Positions 1-13,700 of a stretch of 64,000 bases of DNA are shown here, piece by piece. How positions within the stretch are numbered: the stretch's first letter is position 1; the number at the start of each line of letters is the position of its first letter. The notes below the pieces were generated by a model. It was not told where the DNA came from, did no database searches, and was given only the letters and a program-made list of their open reading frames with translations. The stretch is from contig NOWV01000160.1 in the NCBI GenBank assembly GCA_003344405.1, positions 62,001-126,000 of the forward strand. The letters are read 5' to 3'. The position numbers were made by a program, and so were the translations under genes. Origin of the DNA: Trichoplax sp. H2. Lineage: Eukaryota.

Positions 1-534
1 ACAAAACTTATTATTATGATTATAGACTTTTAGCCACGTTAGTAAGATGCACGGAAGCGTAACTTTCTATATTTATCTTATGACGTATTTAGTAGCTCGC
101 TACTATGGACTGTCATAGTAGATTCTATCCTATAGTACTGATGACTATATATAGTAAAGTGGTGAGTTACTATTAAGGCTAGAGGTAAAAATAGAACTGT
201 AATTCATATATTAGAATATGCTTAGTTTAGCGAATTTTGACTGCTAAGAATAATATTCACGGAAATACTGTAGTTGGTTCCATATCGGATTAATGATGGT
301 CGCTGTAAAATGTTGTCACTAATAATAATTTGACTATGTGTAAATCAAGGTAGAATGATGTTATACTGATTGTGGCTGTGAGCAACTTTAGACTATTCAG
401 TACGTTCTTTCTAGAAGTCCTTGAATAGTTGTATTCCGCTAGAGTAGAGTTGTGTGTAGCCAGTCTTTGTATTAGATCTAATAAAGTCCTAATTTTCTAG
501 AACTTTGGAATTTTCGTGATTGCATTTTATCATG
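1..534 (+). mobile_element. Diverged LTR copy (family A), cut by the window start
   Basis: Colinear with the reverse complement of 4535-5086 over ~520 bp (e.g. GGTAAAAATAGAACTGTAA, GGATTAATGATGGTC, CTAGAGTAGAGTTGTGTGTAG, AATAAAG at ~480). It carries many substitutions, a short internal deletion and an end decayed to ...TTTATCATG. Confidence 0.8.
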
Positions 535-3500
535 ACTATGTACTAATACTTGTCCTGGCATTAAACGGTGACATTGATAAAACAAACATTTAAATATATC
601 GTTTCATGTGATCATAAACTATTAATTTATCCTAAATAATAATGTGCACTATCAGTAAATTTTGTAGCAAATTAAAATTCGACTTCTCTATGTGCATACT
701 CTTGACGTATCGAAGAATAATTTTTAAAATAGCTGACTCTCATTCTCGGTAGGGTATAGCCAGGATTTCGAATTTTCCCTTAATAGCTTTTTTGAAGCTT
801 TTTTGATATCCTGATCAAATACAAATAGTGAAGCTGGATTGACAATCGATATTGCGACTGTAGTTGTAAACGCAAAAAATATCATAGCAAAATAAACTGA
901 GCTTATGTTTTATCTCCCTCTGTGAATGTGCCGTAAGCGCTAAGCATAACATTGTAACAAAAAATGGCTTAGTTACAAATACGTCTAAAGCGGTTATTAC
1001 TATTAATGTTTTTATTGATTTTCGTTTTCTTAATTCCTTATAATTATCAACCAAATGCTTCGGTTGAACATAACTTTTCATGTAGCGAGCAATTTTTCAG
1101 TATGTTAATATTAAAAATGTCGACGGAACAAAGTATGGTGTCACGGCAAGGACAACTAAAAAATTGAAACGTTTCGGATGATGATAGAAATATCACAAAA
1201 CATCGATTCGTCATCATGAGCACTTCCAAAATCAAAGAAAGGTAAAGATATTCAAACGGAGATGACCAATATCAGAATTTATATAATCGAAATCGAATAT
1301 AGAAGCATCTGCCACGGTACAAACCACCGTGAAGAGTAAATAACTAAATTTCGTGGTCAACATTTACATATGGAGATAACTAATAATGAGCGATAGTAAG
1401 AACGACGGTAGTTAGTATTTTGTTGCAGTAAATTATGCTGCACTGCAGTTAGAGTTCTCATAAGCTTACTAATGTTAATTGATTATAGTATTCTGTCTTA
1501 TATCTCTTATCTTGTGATGAATATTCTTAAGATATTCAATTATAGAGGTTACTATAAATAATTCTGTGTATGGACATACTGTAATCTAATTATCTAGAAT
1601 CTTTCAGTACATATCTAAGATTATGAATAATTTCTGCATTGATTTAGCTATCCTATATGAACTAAATTTCGTGAGCTGTTATGACTCGTATATGATAGCA
1701 GGTGTCCAAGAGTATTTAAGCTCGGCAGATGGCAGATAGCAGCTGTAGAGGAGCAATTGATGATAATTTGTATAGGTTGTATAGAATTGCTATCGCGGAG
1801 GCTAAGTCGACTATTAGGTTTATCTTAGCCGTTTTCGACTGATATTATGAGGAGAAGAAATTGGAATTCTTCTCTGACGGACAATGCACGGACGTAATAA
1901 ACTTAACTTTACAAGTTTATTATTCGGTGTTGACTATTTTGTGTCACATTAGGGATTAGCACGTTTTGAACAACTCCGAATTTTGAGATGACAGATTACG
2001 AACCTAGGGCTAACAACCCGTACACTACATGCAGCAATGAAGCAAATTGGATGGGATTCTTTGAAAGCAACAATTTCGCAACATAGAGTAAGAATAAATG
2101 TAGGCATAGACCAGAAATGCCAAATAAAATATAGGATAGCACGACTTTTAGGCTATCACCTCTCCTGCTGCTATTTATTTCGTTCATTATCATGGTTATT
2201 CTCATATGGTTTATAAAATGCTAATGAAACTAATAGTTAAAGCAGATTTTTAATTCGTTTGTTTAGTCTAGCTAATTTGTGATAGTATCTTATACTTAAC
2301 CATTACTTTATAAGCTGTAAATTACTTTACCAGTTTTAAGCCTTCATTACCTATGAACTTGCAAATAACATTCGCTGAAAATTTTCTAATCTATGAAAAG
2401 AAGTTGATATCATCAGGTAACAGAAGAAAGAATAAATTGTATCTTTCTGAGTTAAGGATCATTAAAGTAACTACAACATATAATGAATAAAAGTATCAAA
2501 AAACAAATCAAATTCAAAGTTAATTAGTCAACTGTAAATAATAGTAAAATATACTCCTATAGCTCTAAGGCCATAATAAAAATTTTTAAAGATATATCAA
2601 ATTTGTACCATTCGATTATTTGTTATTAACAGACAACGACTATAATAATATACTTTTTGCATAAGAGGCCTTCAAAAAATAAGATCCATATTTAAATTAA
2701 TTTTCAGTACTGTCGAAGACATTCAATTTCTGCTTAGAATATACAGATTGAAAACATTAAATCTGTGACATAGATGAAGACAAAATGTATGGACAAATTT
2801 TACGTACTTTTCTTTTCGTGATTAGCTTAACCGGCGATCTCCTCTACACATACGTTCTGCTTGGAATCCCCTGTAAGACACAAGCATTAGTCTATTCTTT
2901 CTAATTCTATAAAGACCTTCGCAGCTAGAAGTGCACTCTAAAATGCATCTAAAGCGACAAAATGTAACTATTCCTACTGTTAAAGTCAAAAAAATTTAAA
3001 TCAACATTTAAAATTTTTTAATTTTTTTCTAGAACCAAATTACTTTAGTCTATCATCAAATTCAAACACCTAGAACTCTTTAGAACTCTTATCTAAGGTT
3101 TTGAAAATACATTAATATTATGTTTTTGACCTTTATAGAGCATCTACTTGTTAATGCAACCTTTAAGATACCAAGAAAAATAGTAAATGTTGCTCATTTA
3201 GGAGCATGCATAATTTCGCAATTAAAAATATCTGAATTATTGTGTTATTTGAATATAAAAATAAGCAAGAAAATGACAATATGCCTCGAATAGCATATTA
3301 TAATAACATTAAATGGGGTGCAAAGAGTGATCTTAAGATTCACTCTATATAGATATTTCATATATCTAGCCTACATAAAATCGTGAAAATGTCAAAAATC
3401 TACGATATTGAAATTTTTACGCCATTTCCATAAAATTTATTATGATTTTTATAGCACAAATTTTACGAAATAGCTCAAGCTTATCGTTAGTTTATAATGA

Positions 3501-4534
3501 AAGGTTATGATGTCAGAAATCAAGTTTATTGGTAATTTTATTAGGGATATCAGAGGTTCGGTTAGAAAATTAGATGCATCAACAATGTATACGAGACATT
3601 AATTATTTACATATATCAACGTATTTAGATTATATTTTACGCGTATTTTGCGTTTCGATAACTTTGATTTCATGTTTCTATTGATCCCTGACATTAGCAA
3701 CGATTAATAACTTCGCTTAATAGGAAAAATCGAGGGCATACTAATTTATATCTTAGATATGGTTTAGGAAATAAAACGTTAAAGTTCTATTTGTTACATT
3801 ATTGTATATGGTAAATCTTGCTTTGAGAATTATTAACAGCTAATCATCTTCGGAAGTAATTCAAATTTAATCGTACTATAATTTAATTTTAATTCTTTAC
3901 CGATAAAATAGCTTTAAGTTGGCTTTGAATACGATTTAATTATGTCCTCTAATAGATAAATATTTGAAGGAATTCTCGAACGAGTCTGCCAATTTCAATA
4001 TATAATTGATTAAATATATATATAATAGTAGTATTGATTTCAAAAAAAATAAAATTTTCTATATTAAATTAAACTATCAACAATTTATGTTCACACAAAA
4101 TAAATCATGGGAAAAGCATGACTTCATTATAACTTAAACAACAATGTTAGCAAAACTTCTACGAATAATAAATACTGGTAGAACTACTGTCCCAACCAAT
4201 CAAACCATCAATTAATGAGGTAACCCTTGATCATCCTAGACTTTTCTCGTCTTCTCTAACTTCAACTGCCCTCAATTACCGAACTGCGCCACCTTTCATT
4301 TGCTACGCAGAGCAGTTAGTGGTGTTAGACTATCTGTCACGGTTGTGAATCTACCGTGATGAATGATATCTTACTTAATTTAGACATGTAAATGCATCAC
4401 GATAAGATAGTTTTTAATTTGGATATGTGCATGATCTATTTTAGGACTTGATATAGCCGATACAAACTTGTTCCTAATACAGGTTAAATTATATATATAA
4501 ACTAACAGAGGTGACAATATAAACGTTTTGCTAA

Positions 4535-5086
4535 TGTGATATATACCGATCACGAAATTCCAAATTTTAGAAAAATAAGGGCTTTATTGAATCTTATACA
4601 AAGATTTACTACACACAGCTCTACTCTAGTCGAATGCTACTACTAAAGACTTCTACAACGAACTAACAGAATAATCTAAAGTTGCATACTTTTATACTTT
4701 TCGTAGCATTTGCAGCTACAATCCGCATGGCAACCTTTTACCTTATTTTAAACTTAGTTAAATTATTCTTAGTAAGACTGTTCTACTGCGGACCATCATT
4801 AATCCAATATGGATACGACTACAGTATTTACGTAGACATTATTCACACCAGCCAAAGTACAATGAATTAACTATATTCTAATATATGATTTACAGTTCTA
4901 TTTTTACCTACAGCCTTATTAGTAACTCAACAGCTTACTGTATATAGTCATCTGTACTCTAGTATAGAGTCTATACCACTACAGTCTATAGTTTTAGCTA
5001 CCAAACATCTCTTAGGATAAATATCTACCGTACATTATACTACACATGGCTAACAGTCTACAATCACAGTTCTAAGTCACATTACA
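4535..5086 (-). mobile_element. Solo LTR, family A (552 bp)
   Basis: Termini TGTGAT...ATTACA (TG...CA with a short imperfect inverted repeat). Perfect 5-bp TSD GCTAA at 4530-4534 and 5087-5091. Minus-strand AATAAA ~50 bp from the 3' end. A closely similar copy lies at 16339-17184. Confidence 0.9.
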
Positions 5087-8000
5087 GCTAAATTGCATGG
5101 TTAATCTTTAGTCCATATCTTACCTTTCTCTTTCTGTAGTATGGCCGATAATGGTAACTGAAATTCGTAATATATTAAAAAAATAGTGTAAAGTTTCAGT
5201 TCTTAGCTGGTAACTTATTATATGTTTCGAGTTAAAATACTTTATTTGCAAATAAATATCGACACTAAAGAAACATTTCATCGAATTCTCGAGTATAGCT
5301 ACACAATAATGTCAGAAAGATTAGTTTTCTCAATATTTTAAAGTCTAATTAAGGCTTTTGAAAGCCTAATCCCCACAAGTTCTAAATAAAATGACGGACA
5401 AGAAAGTGCTAAAATTAAGAGATAGGAATTCCTTGATTTTCGAAATAACCGCCACTCTTCTTGTAGTGTTTACTTCTAAATACGGTATTGTCTATTTTGA
5501 ATGAAACGTTAATTTCCACTAGACTGTAACGTAAGTCTAAATCTTCTTAACTTATATTTAACAATTTACGTTATGGAAATCTCTTAGACGCCAGCTAGAT
5601 TAAACCGTAGCATTAACTTTATATAGGAGTAATATATTATTATAAATCCTCCCTGTGTAGTAAAGGACTAAAAGTAGAATCCTTTGTAACTTTTGGTATA
5701 AACCTAGTATTATTTTACTATAGAAAATACCTAGAAAGTGATAGTGTCTTTAAGTTTTACCCTGCCAAATCATCATGTCGCCGTCTTTTCTTCTTCATTA
5801 TTTTACAAGGTATCATATAGATTACTATACAAGTAGCCCTAGAGCAATTGCCTAATTTAAAGAAAGGGCATATGATCGTCTATTCAAATTGTAAAGGAGT
5901 TTGGCTTAGTAACAAAACCCTATCCTTAGAGAAAGGGGATTTATGACATGACGGTAAAGCACTCTAATGTAGTCTATAATCGTACAGTTACCGTACAATC
6001 TGACGCTAAAACATCAACTGTCAATACTCAGCGATACTAATGTCAGAAAAGTAGTCGTGATTGCCATATAAAGTTTTTTTGATATGCGATATAGCGATTA
6101 GTGTGATCTTTATAAAATCCGGATTTTTCGGATTCGAATTCAGGAACCGGTCGAATTTATGTCCGATATAATTTTCCTGTTTTAATTTTTGGATTTTTGT
6201 TCATGAAAAATATCGTAAGAATTGATTTTTGAAATTTGGACTTTTTGTTATGAATATAAAACTTTGGAATTTTATGACGTGACTTGAAAGTCACAATAGG
6301 AGAGTTTAGTCAGGAAAATAGAAAATAAGATGGAAATTGGCAGATGTTGTGTAGATTGTTAAGTAGTTATACTGTTGTTTTTATGACTAAATCTTGATAT
6401 TTAAAGGTTGATTTTTAGACTTTTATAGTGTAATAATGATAGAAATTAAGTTAGAAGTGAAGTTTGATGTAATTTCATAATTAACTTGTTGGTTTTATAG
6501 TGTTTTGTAAGGGAATCATAGGGTAAATTGTATCTGAACTTTGAATGATTTTGTTTTCTTAAATGGTGCAAAGTAGTTTTCTAAAATGGATCTTAAGAGC
6601 TATTGGTTAGCAAATGTTTAGTTTTAAATACCTCTAACGGCTCTGCGAAACCTATGAATGATAGTGCAATTAGAAAATTTAGAGGGAGAGTAGAAGAAGA
6701 TTCTTTTGAAGAACTTGTTGAATTTAAAAGGCCTTCGGGGTCGAATTGTCTTAAGTTAAAACGTTGTTCTTTTTGAAAGGTTGTTTGCTCTTTGACAGTT
6801 TTTAAGTCTGTCACTTATTTTATTAATACTTAAAATTAAGTATTTGCAAGGTTTTTCGGTTTATACTTCTCTCCATTTTTTTTTATAAATTGTTGTTCGG
6901 TTATTTCCCCAAATTTTATTTGGTGTCAAAGTTTCGTTAAGTCGATCGAAGTGGAACGAAAGTAGAATCAAAGTTTGTTAAAGTTTTGTAACTTGATCTC
7001 TACACTTTTCATTCCATTACACGTGTCTATAAGCAACTTCCTGCTGTTATGCTCTTAACACTATAAAAGCTATCTTCTTTCGCCTATCTCATTAGTTAAT
7101 TCTGGTCGTTACATGGTAAGCTTACATGCTTTACCTATTCTACACTACTATAGTTATTCGACTAGTCACATTGTTACTCGCACGATAATCTTACATAAGC
7201 TCTATAAAAATTACTATTCCGTTAACTATTCTATCATACTTTATTGCGACTAATGCCGAACTCTCAACCCTCCGAAACATCACACTTATTTTACAGTTAT
7301 GATAGAGGGTTCAAAGAATCAGCGGCTGCGGACTTAGTTACCGTTTACAGACAATATGCAAGGGATTTTAATAAAGGTAAATACTTTATTCTTGATAGTA
7401 ATGGAGGTAGCTGTCGTGAAGTGACGTGAGAAAGTACCGCTACTACAAATAATGCAACTTATCAAATCCGAGGCAAAAGTCATCAGTATTTATAGATTTA
7501 GAGAGAGAACACATGCAGAGAACAGTATTGTAGAATTAGATACATCATATACCATAAACAGACTATATAATACTAAATGATTGTAGGAAATAGCGAAGAC
7601 TGTGTGTGATATAAATAACTAAACATGACATTCTATATTTGAGCGTAGATAAAATAGTCTGTAGAGGTACCTATATTTAGAACAAAACAAAATGTCTATA
7701 TTTACGAACATATCTAAAAACTATAGTGAAACTAAATTCACTTCCACAGTGTAAAAGCATCTGCAAATGTATCGTGTTTCTATGATGATATATAATAATC
7801 TGGCTCGATTTCATTACTGCAGCATTTATATCATCTTATGTAGTCAGTGTTGAGAATAAATTATACTTCACATTATATTGCATTTAAGCTTAAACGACTT
7901 ATTGAGCAATTTTACAATAAACTGAAGGAATTACTGTGTAGGTGAATATGATTTACTGGTATATCAATACTAACAAATCTCGTGTCTGTGCATTCCATTT

Positions 8001-9709
8001 GGGTGAACTTGAATGGGTTTTAAAAATATGTAAATCGCAGATCTATGATAGGAAAGTTGAACTCAATCATTGCTTACAAATATTTCAATTACTAAGGCGA
8101 GCAGCTATTTAGAATTTATATTTAATAATGAGCAAGTTTGGAATCAGAAATTATATTAACGAACTAAAGGCGATAAAAAGTCTAACCCTAACTCTGATAT
8201 TAAATTTATTTGCGTTAAGAAATGCGAGAGAGTTTTTAAATAATATGAACATCATGAAGTAGTTGATGATTCTTACAAATCTAGTTTAATTCTATATGTG
8301 GAATCTAAATTGCTGATGGATTATCAAACAGATTAGTGCAATGCACGAAATGAAAATTCTAAGTTTGTACATTAACGCCTTCTAGCTCTTGATACTTAAA
8401 GTAAAATACCTTCCACTTTAGGGTACATAAAGCATAGTCTACAATTTGCTATTACACATTCTTTTTGTAGTATGACATTAAATTTTTATTATTGTTTGAG
8501 CTTGCTGATTCAAAAAATACTTTTATTATACGACGCTCTATGAAGATGTTTGATCTTTGTAAACTCACAATGGAGAATCTATAAACGCTATTTAGGTGCA
8601 TCTCCATTAGCACGAATAATTAAAAAGCAAGTGATGAAATCTCGTAATCAATAGTTCTAACGTTACAGAATTACATATTTGCTAATAGTAGAATTTATTA
8701 TTTAAAATATTGCCATAGCTACAGCATTTATATTCATTCAAAAATCAATTAATAAAAGTAGTTGTGACTTGTAAAATACAAGAAGACTTGGAATGATGAG
8801 CATTAAGTATTAAGTATTAAGTAATCTAAGGTATATAAATTTACATTAACATGTTCGATTTTATTACTATTAATTCTAAATGAATAAACAAGGTGTAATA
8901 AATTTTAAGTATCTGATTTTACTAAATAAATAGACATCTTATATTCTATACTATTGTAGATCATTTATATACTGTAAAGAATGGGGTAAAGTCAAATGAA
9001 AAAGCTAGCCGGGGCTGTTTCTCCATGAAACTACTGATGTAACTATGTCTACTGAAATATGTGGTAGTAGTTCTTGCTAGCTATTTGATGCATTTTATAA
9101 AATTTAACTCATGCAGTATTAAAATTAGCTAACATTAGTACCAACAATAAATTCGTAAACAAAAACAACTTATTTAGATAAAGATTTAAAATATACTGTC
9201 TACACCTCTAAATTATTTGTCAACATTCAATTGTAATTAACAGAGAAAGATAAAGATGATACGACTTCGACCGATAGCAAATGTATCTAATGCATTATTT
9301 ACAATTAATTAGAGCCCTAAGTTAGTCTACAAAGTTTCATCGTTAAAAAATGCACATTAACGGTTCACACAATTTCTTCCATCTTTTTCATCTGTAGAAG
9401 AGACGAGCAAAGAATTGACTAAAATAGGTTAATTGCATCCTTTTTTTTTAAAGTAGTACAAATTTACTACTACAAATTTAGTATCATTTAATGGATTCTT
9501 AGAGTTTGGAAAAGAGAATTTACCGTCTCTTTTGAGTATAATCGTCAATAAAATAAAGCTAGTCTTATTTATAGCAGACGAAAAAGTTTTCGTATATTAC
9601 ATATATGCATATTCACTTCTTAAAATGATCAATAAATTTTTCATGAACTTATAAACTATACTTCATTTAGCTAATAGTTATATTCTGTAAAGTATGACAA
9701 TCAAATTTG

Positions 9710-10762
9710 TTATTGATGAATTGGCGATTGAACTAAGCGTAAACTTAATCGTTGTAAATTCATCGATGAAGCTCTTTCATATCGATTCTTAGGAGGACTT
9801 CTAGTTTCTTCATGACCATAAATCCAAGATTTTAATCTATAAAAGAGAGCATCACGAATACTTTCGACGAAATAAGCATATAGTAATGGATTAATAGCTG
9901 GGTAAGCAAAAGCAATGTAACGGCTAAACTGCGCGAAATAGTACAATGGCAATGACATCAATTTTACTGAACGCAGTCTTACTATTAAGAATAGTAATAG
10001 ATAAGGCAACATCATACATAAAAATACTAATGTTAAAGTAGCCATTTGTATTGATGCATACATTGTTTTTCTTCTTATGATGCTGTACTGCACAGGAGAG
10101 ATTGAAGCATTTGTTTGATTGATTTTGCGCTTTCGCATATATATTACATAAAATATGTAGGCGTAAAATGTCACAATGACAGTAATTGGAAAGAAGATAC
10201 ACCCGAAAAATAGTAAATATAAAAAAATTTCTTCTGCGGTAGTATCGCTAGAGTATAGAATGCAATCACTTATTTGCAATGGGCGAAATGTCAAGACAGG
10301 TACTATAGCAACCAACAAGGAAGAGGTCCAAATCATTCCAATGGCGATAAGATAATGATGTTGACTTAAAGTAGTTTTATAAAGTACTGGCCAGTTGACA
10401 GCGATTAAACGATCAAAACATATTAAACACTGATGTAAATTGTAATTAAGTAAAAATGATGATCCAAGCACTGGCAACAATGAACAAATTAATCCCCATT
10501 TTCGATAGCCAACTATTGCAAATCGTGGTAAAACATAGATTCCGCCAAAGAGAATACCAATAACAAATGAACTACCGATGATAATAGTGGTTAAATTTCG
10601 AAATATTTTTGCTTTACTTATACCAAAGAGCAACATCGAATTGGTAATAATTGACAGAATACCGATGATAAACCATAGCTCTCTGCTATCAGGTGGATAA
10701 AGTAATAATGTTGGTCTAAAGCTGGATGCATTAGTTAAATTACTTACGTTATTAATATGCAT
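9710..10762 (-). CDS. Orphan rhodopsin-class (class A) GPCR, single coding exon, 350 aa
   Basis: Seven hydrophobic segments; TM1 TNS, Cys at the top of TM3, DRY variant FDRL, ECL2 Cys, TM5 FFP...Y, TM6 LPY, TM7 NPLLY; N-terminal N-glycosylation sequons (NVS, NLT, NAS). Confidence 0.95.
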   Translation of the reverse strand: MHINNVSNLTNASSFRPTLLLYPPDSRELWFIIGILSIITNSMLLFGISKAKIFRNLTTIIIGSSFVIGILFGGIYVLPRFAIVGYRKWGLICSLLPVLGSSFLLNYNLHQCLICFDRLIAVNWPVLYKTTLSQHHYLIAIGMIWTSSLLVAIVPVLTFRPLQISDCILYSSDTTAEEIFLYLLFFGCIFFPITVIVTFYAYIFYVIYMRKRKINQTNASISPVQYSIIRRKTMYASIQMATLTLVFLCMMLPYLLLFLIVRLRSVKLMSLPLYYFAQFSRYIAFAYPAINPLLYAYFVESIRDALFYRLKSWIYGHEETRSPPKNRYERASSMNLQRLSLRLVQSPIHQ

Positions 10763-13700
10763 GTTGAAAATTTTAATTAAAGAACTTCAATCCGTCTTGG
10801 AAAATTATAATTATTGATTTACAGGAAGATGAATCTTGCCAGCATCTATTTGCAGATATAGACCTTTGTTGCCGAATTCGTTTTTTAAAATCATAAGTTA
10901 CGTTATTACAATATGGCTTAAGATTTTTAGCTTCTTTCAGTTCTACTTGAATGGAAACGCCAGTACTCGAAGTAAAGGTTTAAGTTACTAAATGCAAAAT
11001 TAGCTCTATTCAATTTCTGTAAATACAAACGTTTTATAATTATCCAGGCGTAAATTTTGTAAGTTGGAAGATATGGCAAATAGCGATTTAAAAATATGAC
11101 ATCGTGGTAATTCAGAAATACGAAAACTTATCACTTCGTAAATTAGTTGGTGCATTCACTAATATTAGAATGCGAAAAGTGAAAGCTTTTCGCCTCTCTA
11201 CCACTGTATAATAAGACAAACACGTACATATACCTCGGCAAAAGATTACACAATACGATTATCAATTATAAAGTTTAATTAAATGCGTGAATAATGTAAA
11301 AGGTGATGGAATTAATAATAATTACAACTAATCAAGAATGCCTACATGTGTGTAAGACAATTCTTGTTACCAAGCATATGACTTTGCTTTGATCAATAAG
11401 TGCTATTGTATTTATATTTAATGAAATATGAGTTGCTGAAATTAAAAATTTTATTGACTTTAGAAACCTGCTTTCAATCCTTTTGGCAAGAAACTTACAA
11501 TGCAGTTTATTTTCATACTGTAAGAATTTCGGGTATAGTATAACTTAAAAAAATGAAGACCGAGTCTGCCTAAATGATTAAAAGTCACTGTAAAAATTTC
11601 TAATAGCAGGACTATATTCAAATTTAACGTTCTTAACATTTAATAATACAGTAACTTATTATTCAAATATATTCACATTTGTTAAATGTTTCGCCTTAAA
11701 ATTCTTCGTAGAGCCAATCATATCTTGAACATGCTGTTACATTCATCCTGATTACTTTATTTTTATCAGTTCTTATCGTTAATATTTACTGTTATATTTA
11801 TTTACCTTTCAATACCACAGATGTTATTAATCAAATTGCATGTAATTAATTTAAAACTTTCTTGCCGACAGTATGACATTGTTATATTTTTCTTGACAAT
11901 TTTAAGTTATATTGAGTCATAGAAAATCTTTAATCTGCGTTAAAATTGGCATTGTTCATTATTAGTAAATGCACCATAATGTCGTTGAAATCCTGGAACC
12001 TACAGTAACCCATCTATTTGCAGTATATTTTAACTGTTTATCCGTTATTAGCTAGGATTTCAATGTTCTAAGGCCTTCAGTATGGCCTTTATCTCAATAA
12101 TTGTGAAACCCTTAGCTGTAATATTTTATTTTAAGGCTTTAATTCTCGTTAAAGATTTTATTACTTTATAAGCGGCACTCGTAAGATAAATCTCGATGAT
12201 ACGGCAATCTTGTAAGGCTATGTTACATAATATATTTCCTTCCACTTTGTATCGGGAGAATATCTTGGCTGAATTCAATTGAGGAGTGTTTTATTCAACT
12301 TAGCCTAACTCTTAAGGCTTACGATTTATAAGTCCTATAAAATTACAAAGATTTGGAGAATATTAACTGCTAGTAGTAAATGGATAATAGAAATTTTCGA
12401 CATACAAAGCAACTAAATCAAAAGGTTTGATTATAAAGGCAGCAGTTAATAATAGTCATGTCTTATTCCTGTTTGAGTAGTATGCACGGATAATTTGAAT
12501 TAGCCGACACATATTAAAATAGAGATTACGGAAGGCAATTGATAATTTCATAAGATATCAAGGCCTGAGATTATTAGCTTCTGATCAAACTATAGCTAAA
12601 ATAAATAATGAGAAATTAGGTGTATACCTTGTTTCTACTGTTTGCTTTAATAACGTAAACGTAATCAAAAATGGGCCAATAATGAAAATTTATCAAGTAT
12701 TCCCATTGATGATCAATCTTTTAAGTTTCTCTATAAGACAATCTCATATTTAATTCTATTGCTTGCTTTTAATAAAGAATAGAAGTATTGTTTTGATGAA
12801 TACCCATTGCTGAACTACAACATTAAGGGATTAATAAACATTAAAGATATGATGATTGATATTTTGGAAACTTTATGATTGGAAGTGAATATACCTCAAC
12901 TATATAATCATCATCATTTCCCATCCGCCATTTATTTTTCTTTTCCGTCTATACTAGCTAGAAATCAAAAATAACTTTTTACTATATAAAAGAATAATTT
13001 ATAATTATCCAGCTACTTAAATTTCAAACCTTCTAGAAGCTACGTTATCGTTCAATGATCAATTTCAATAGTGCCATTAAAAGTTTAATCAAAACTGTTT
13101 ACCAATTCAGTTTTAGTTCTTTATATGCATGAATCGTTCAACTAGTTTATAATTAATTATTGGGCCTGCATAGGATGGAGTATAAGTAAAACTTATCCGC
13201 AAAAGAAAAAATTTATAGCCTAGCTGGAATGAATAAATACTGGCCGTCAATGACTTTGTAATAAAAGATATTTTCGATAAGAAAACCGTACCTTGCAAAT
13301 TTCATAACGTAAGTAGAATACTTCCCTAGAATATTTTATTTATAAACTATTATTATAGACCATCAATACGAGCAATTTATTAATTTGATCAAAATTGTAT
13401 CGGTATAAGTTTTCGTTTGGGAAAGCTGTATAAATGAAGCACTAAGTAAAATAAGATTTTACTTAAATAAGCTATGCAACATATGTAAGGATTATGATGT
13501 TATAAACTCGACCTATAAGTGGAATTATTAAAAATATCTCTGTTCCTAATTTTGCTACGTAAGCAAATAATGAGACAGATTAATTGCCGGAAATAATTCC
13601 GTTGCTATTTGATTTATTTGAAATTATTTATTGCTAAAATAAGACTGTGTTAAAATATTTTATTTTAAATTATACATCCATTCTAAAACTACTTTAATGT

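Noticed and set aside
4682-4870. Near-identical 62-aa ORFs here and at 16486-16674 as a duplicated small gene
   Set aside because: Both start at TTG and lie inside solo LTRs, so the repeat explains the similarity; the diverged third copy has an indel in this region.
5460-7040. Minus-strand pol-like fragments (HFDRL, RFNLR, TFLG) including ORF 6593-6814
   Set aside because: The motifs are very short, in different frames and not in a coherent order; they cannot be supported without a profile search.
9924-10202. Alternative-frame 92-aa ORF inside the GPCR (and antisense ORF 47518-47709)
   Set aside because: Shadow ORFs of real coding sequence with no recognisable motifs.
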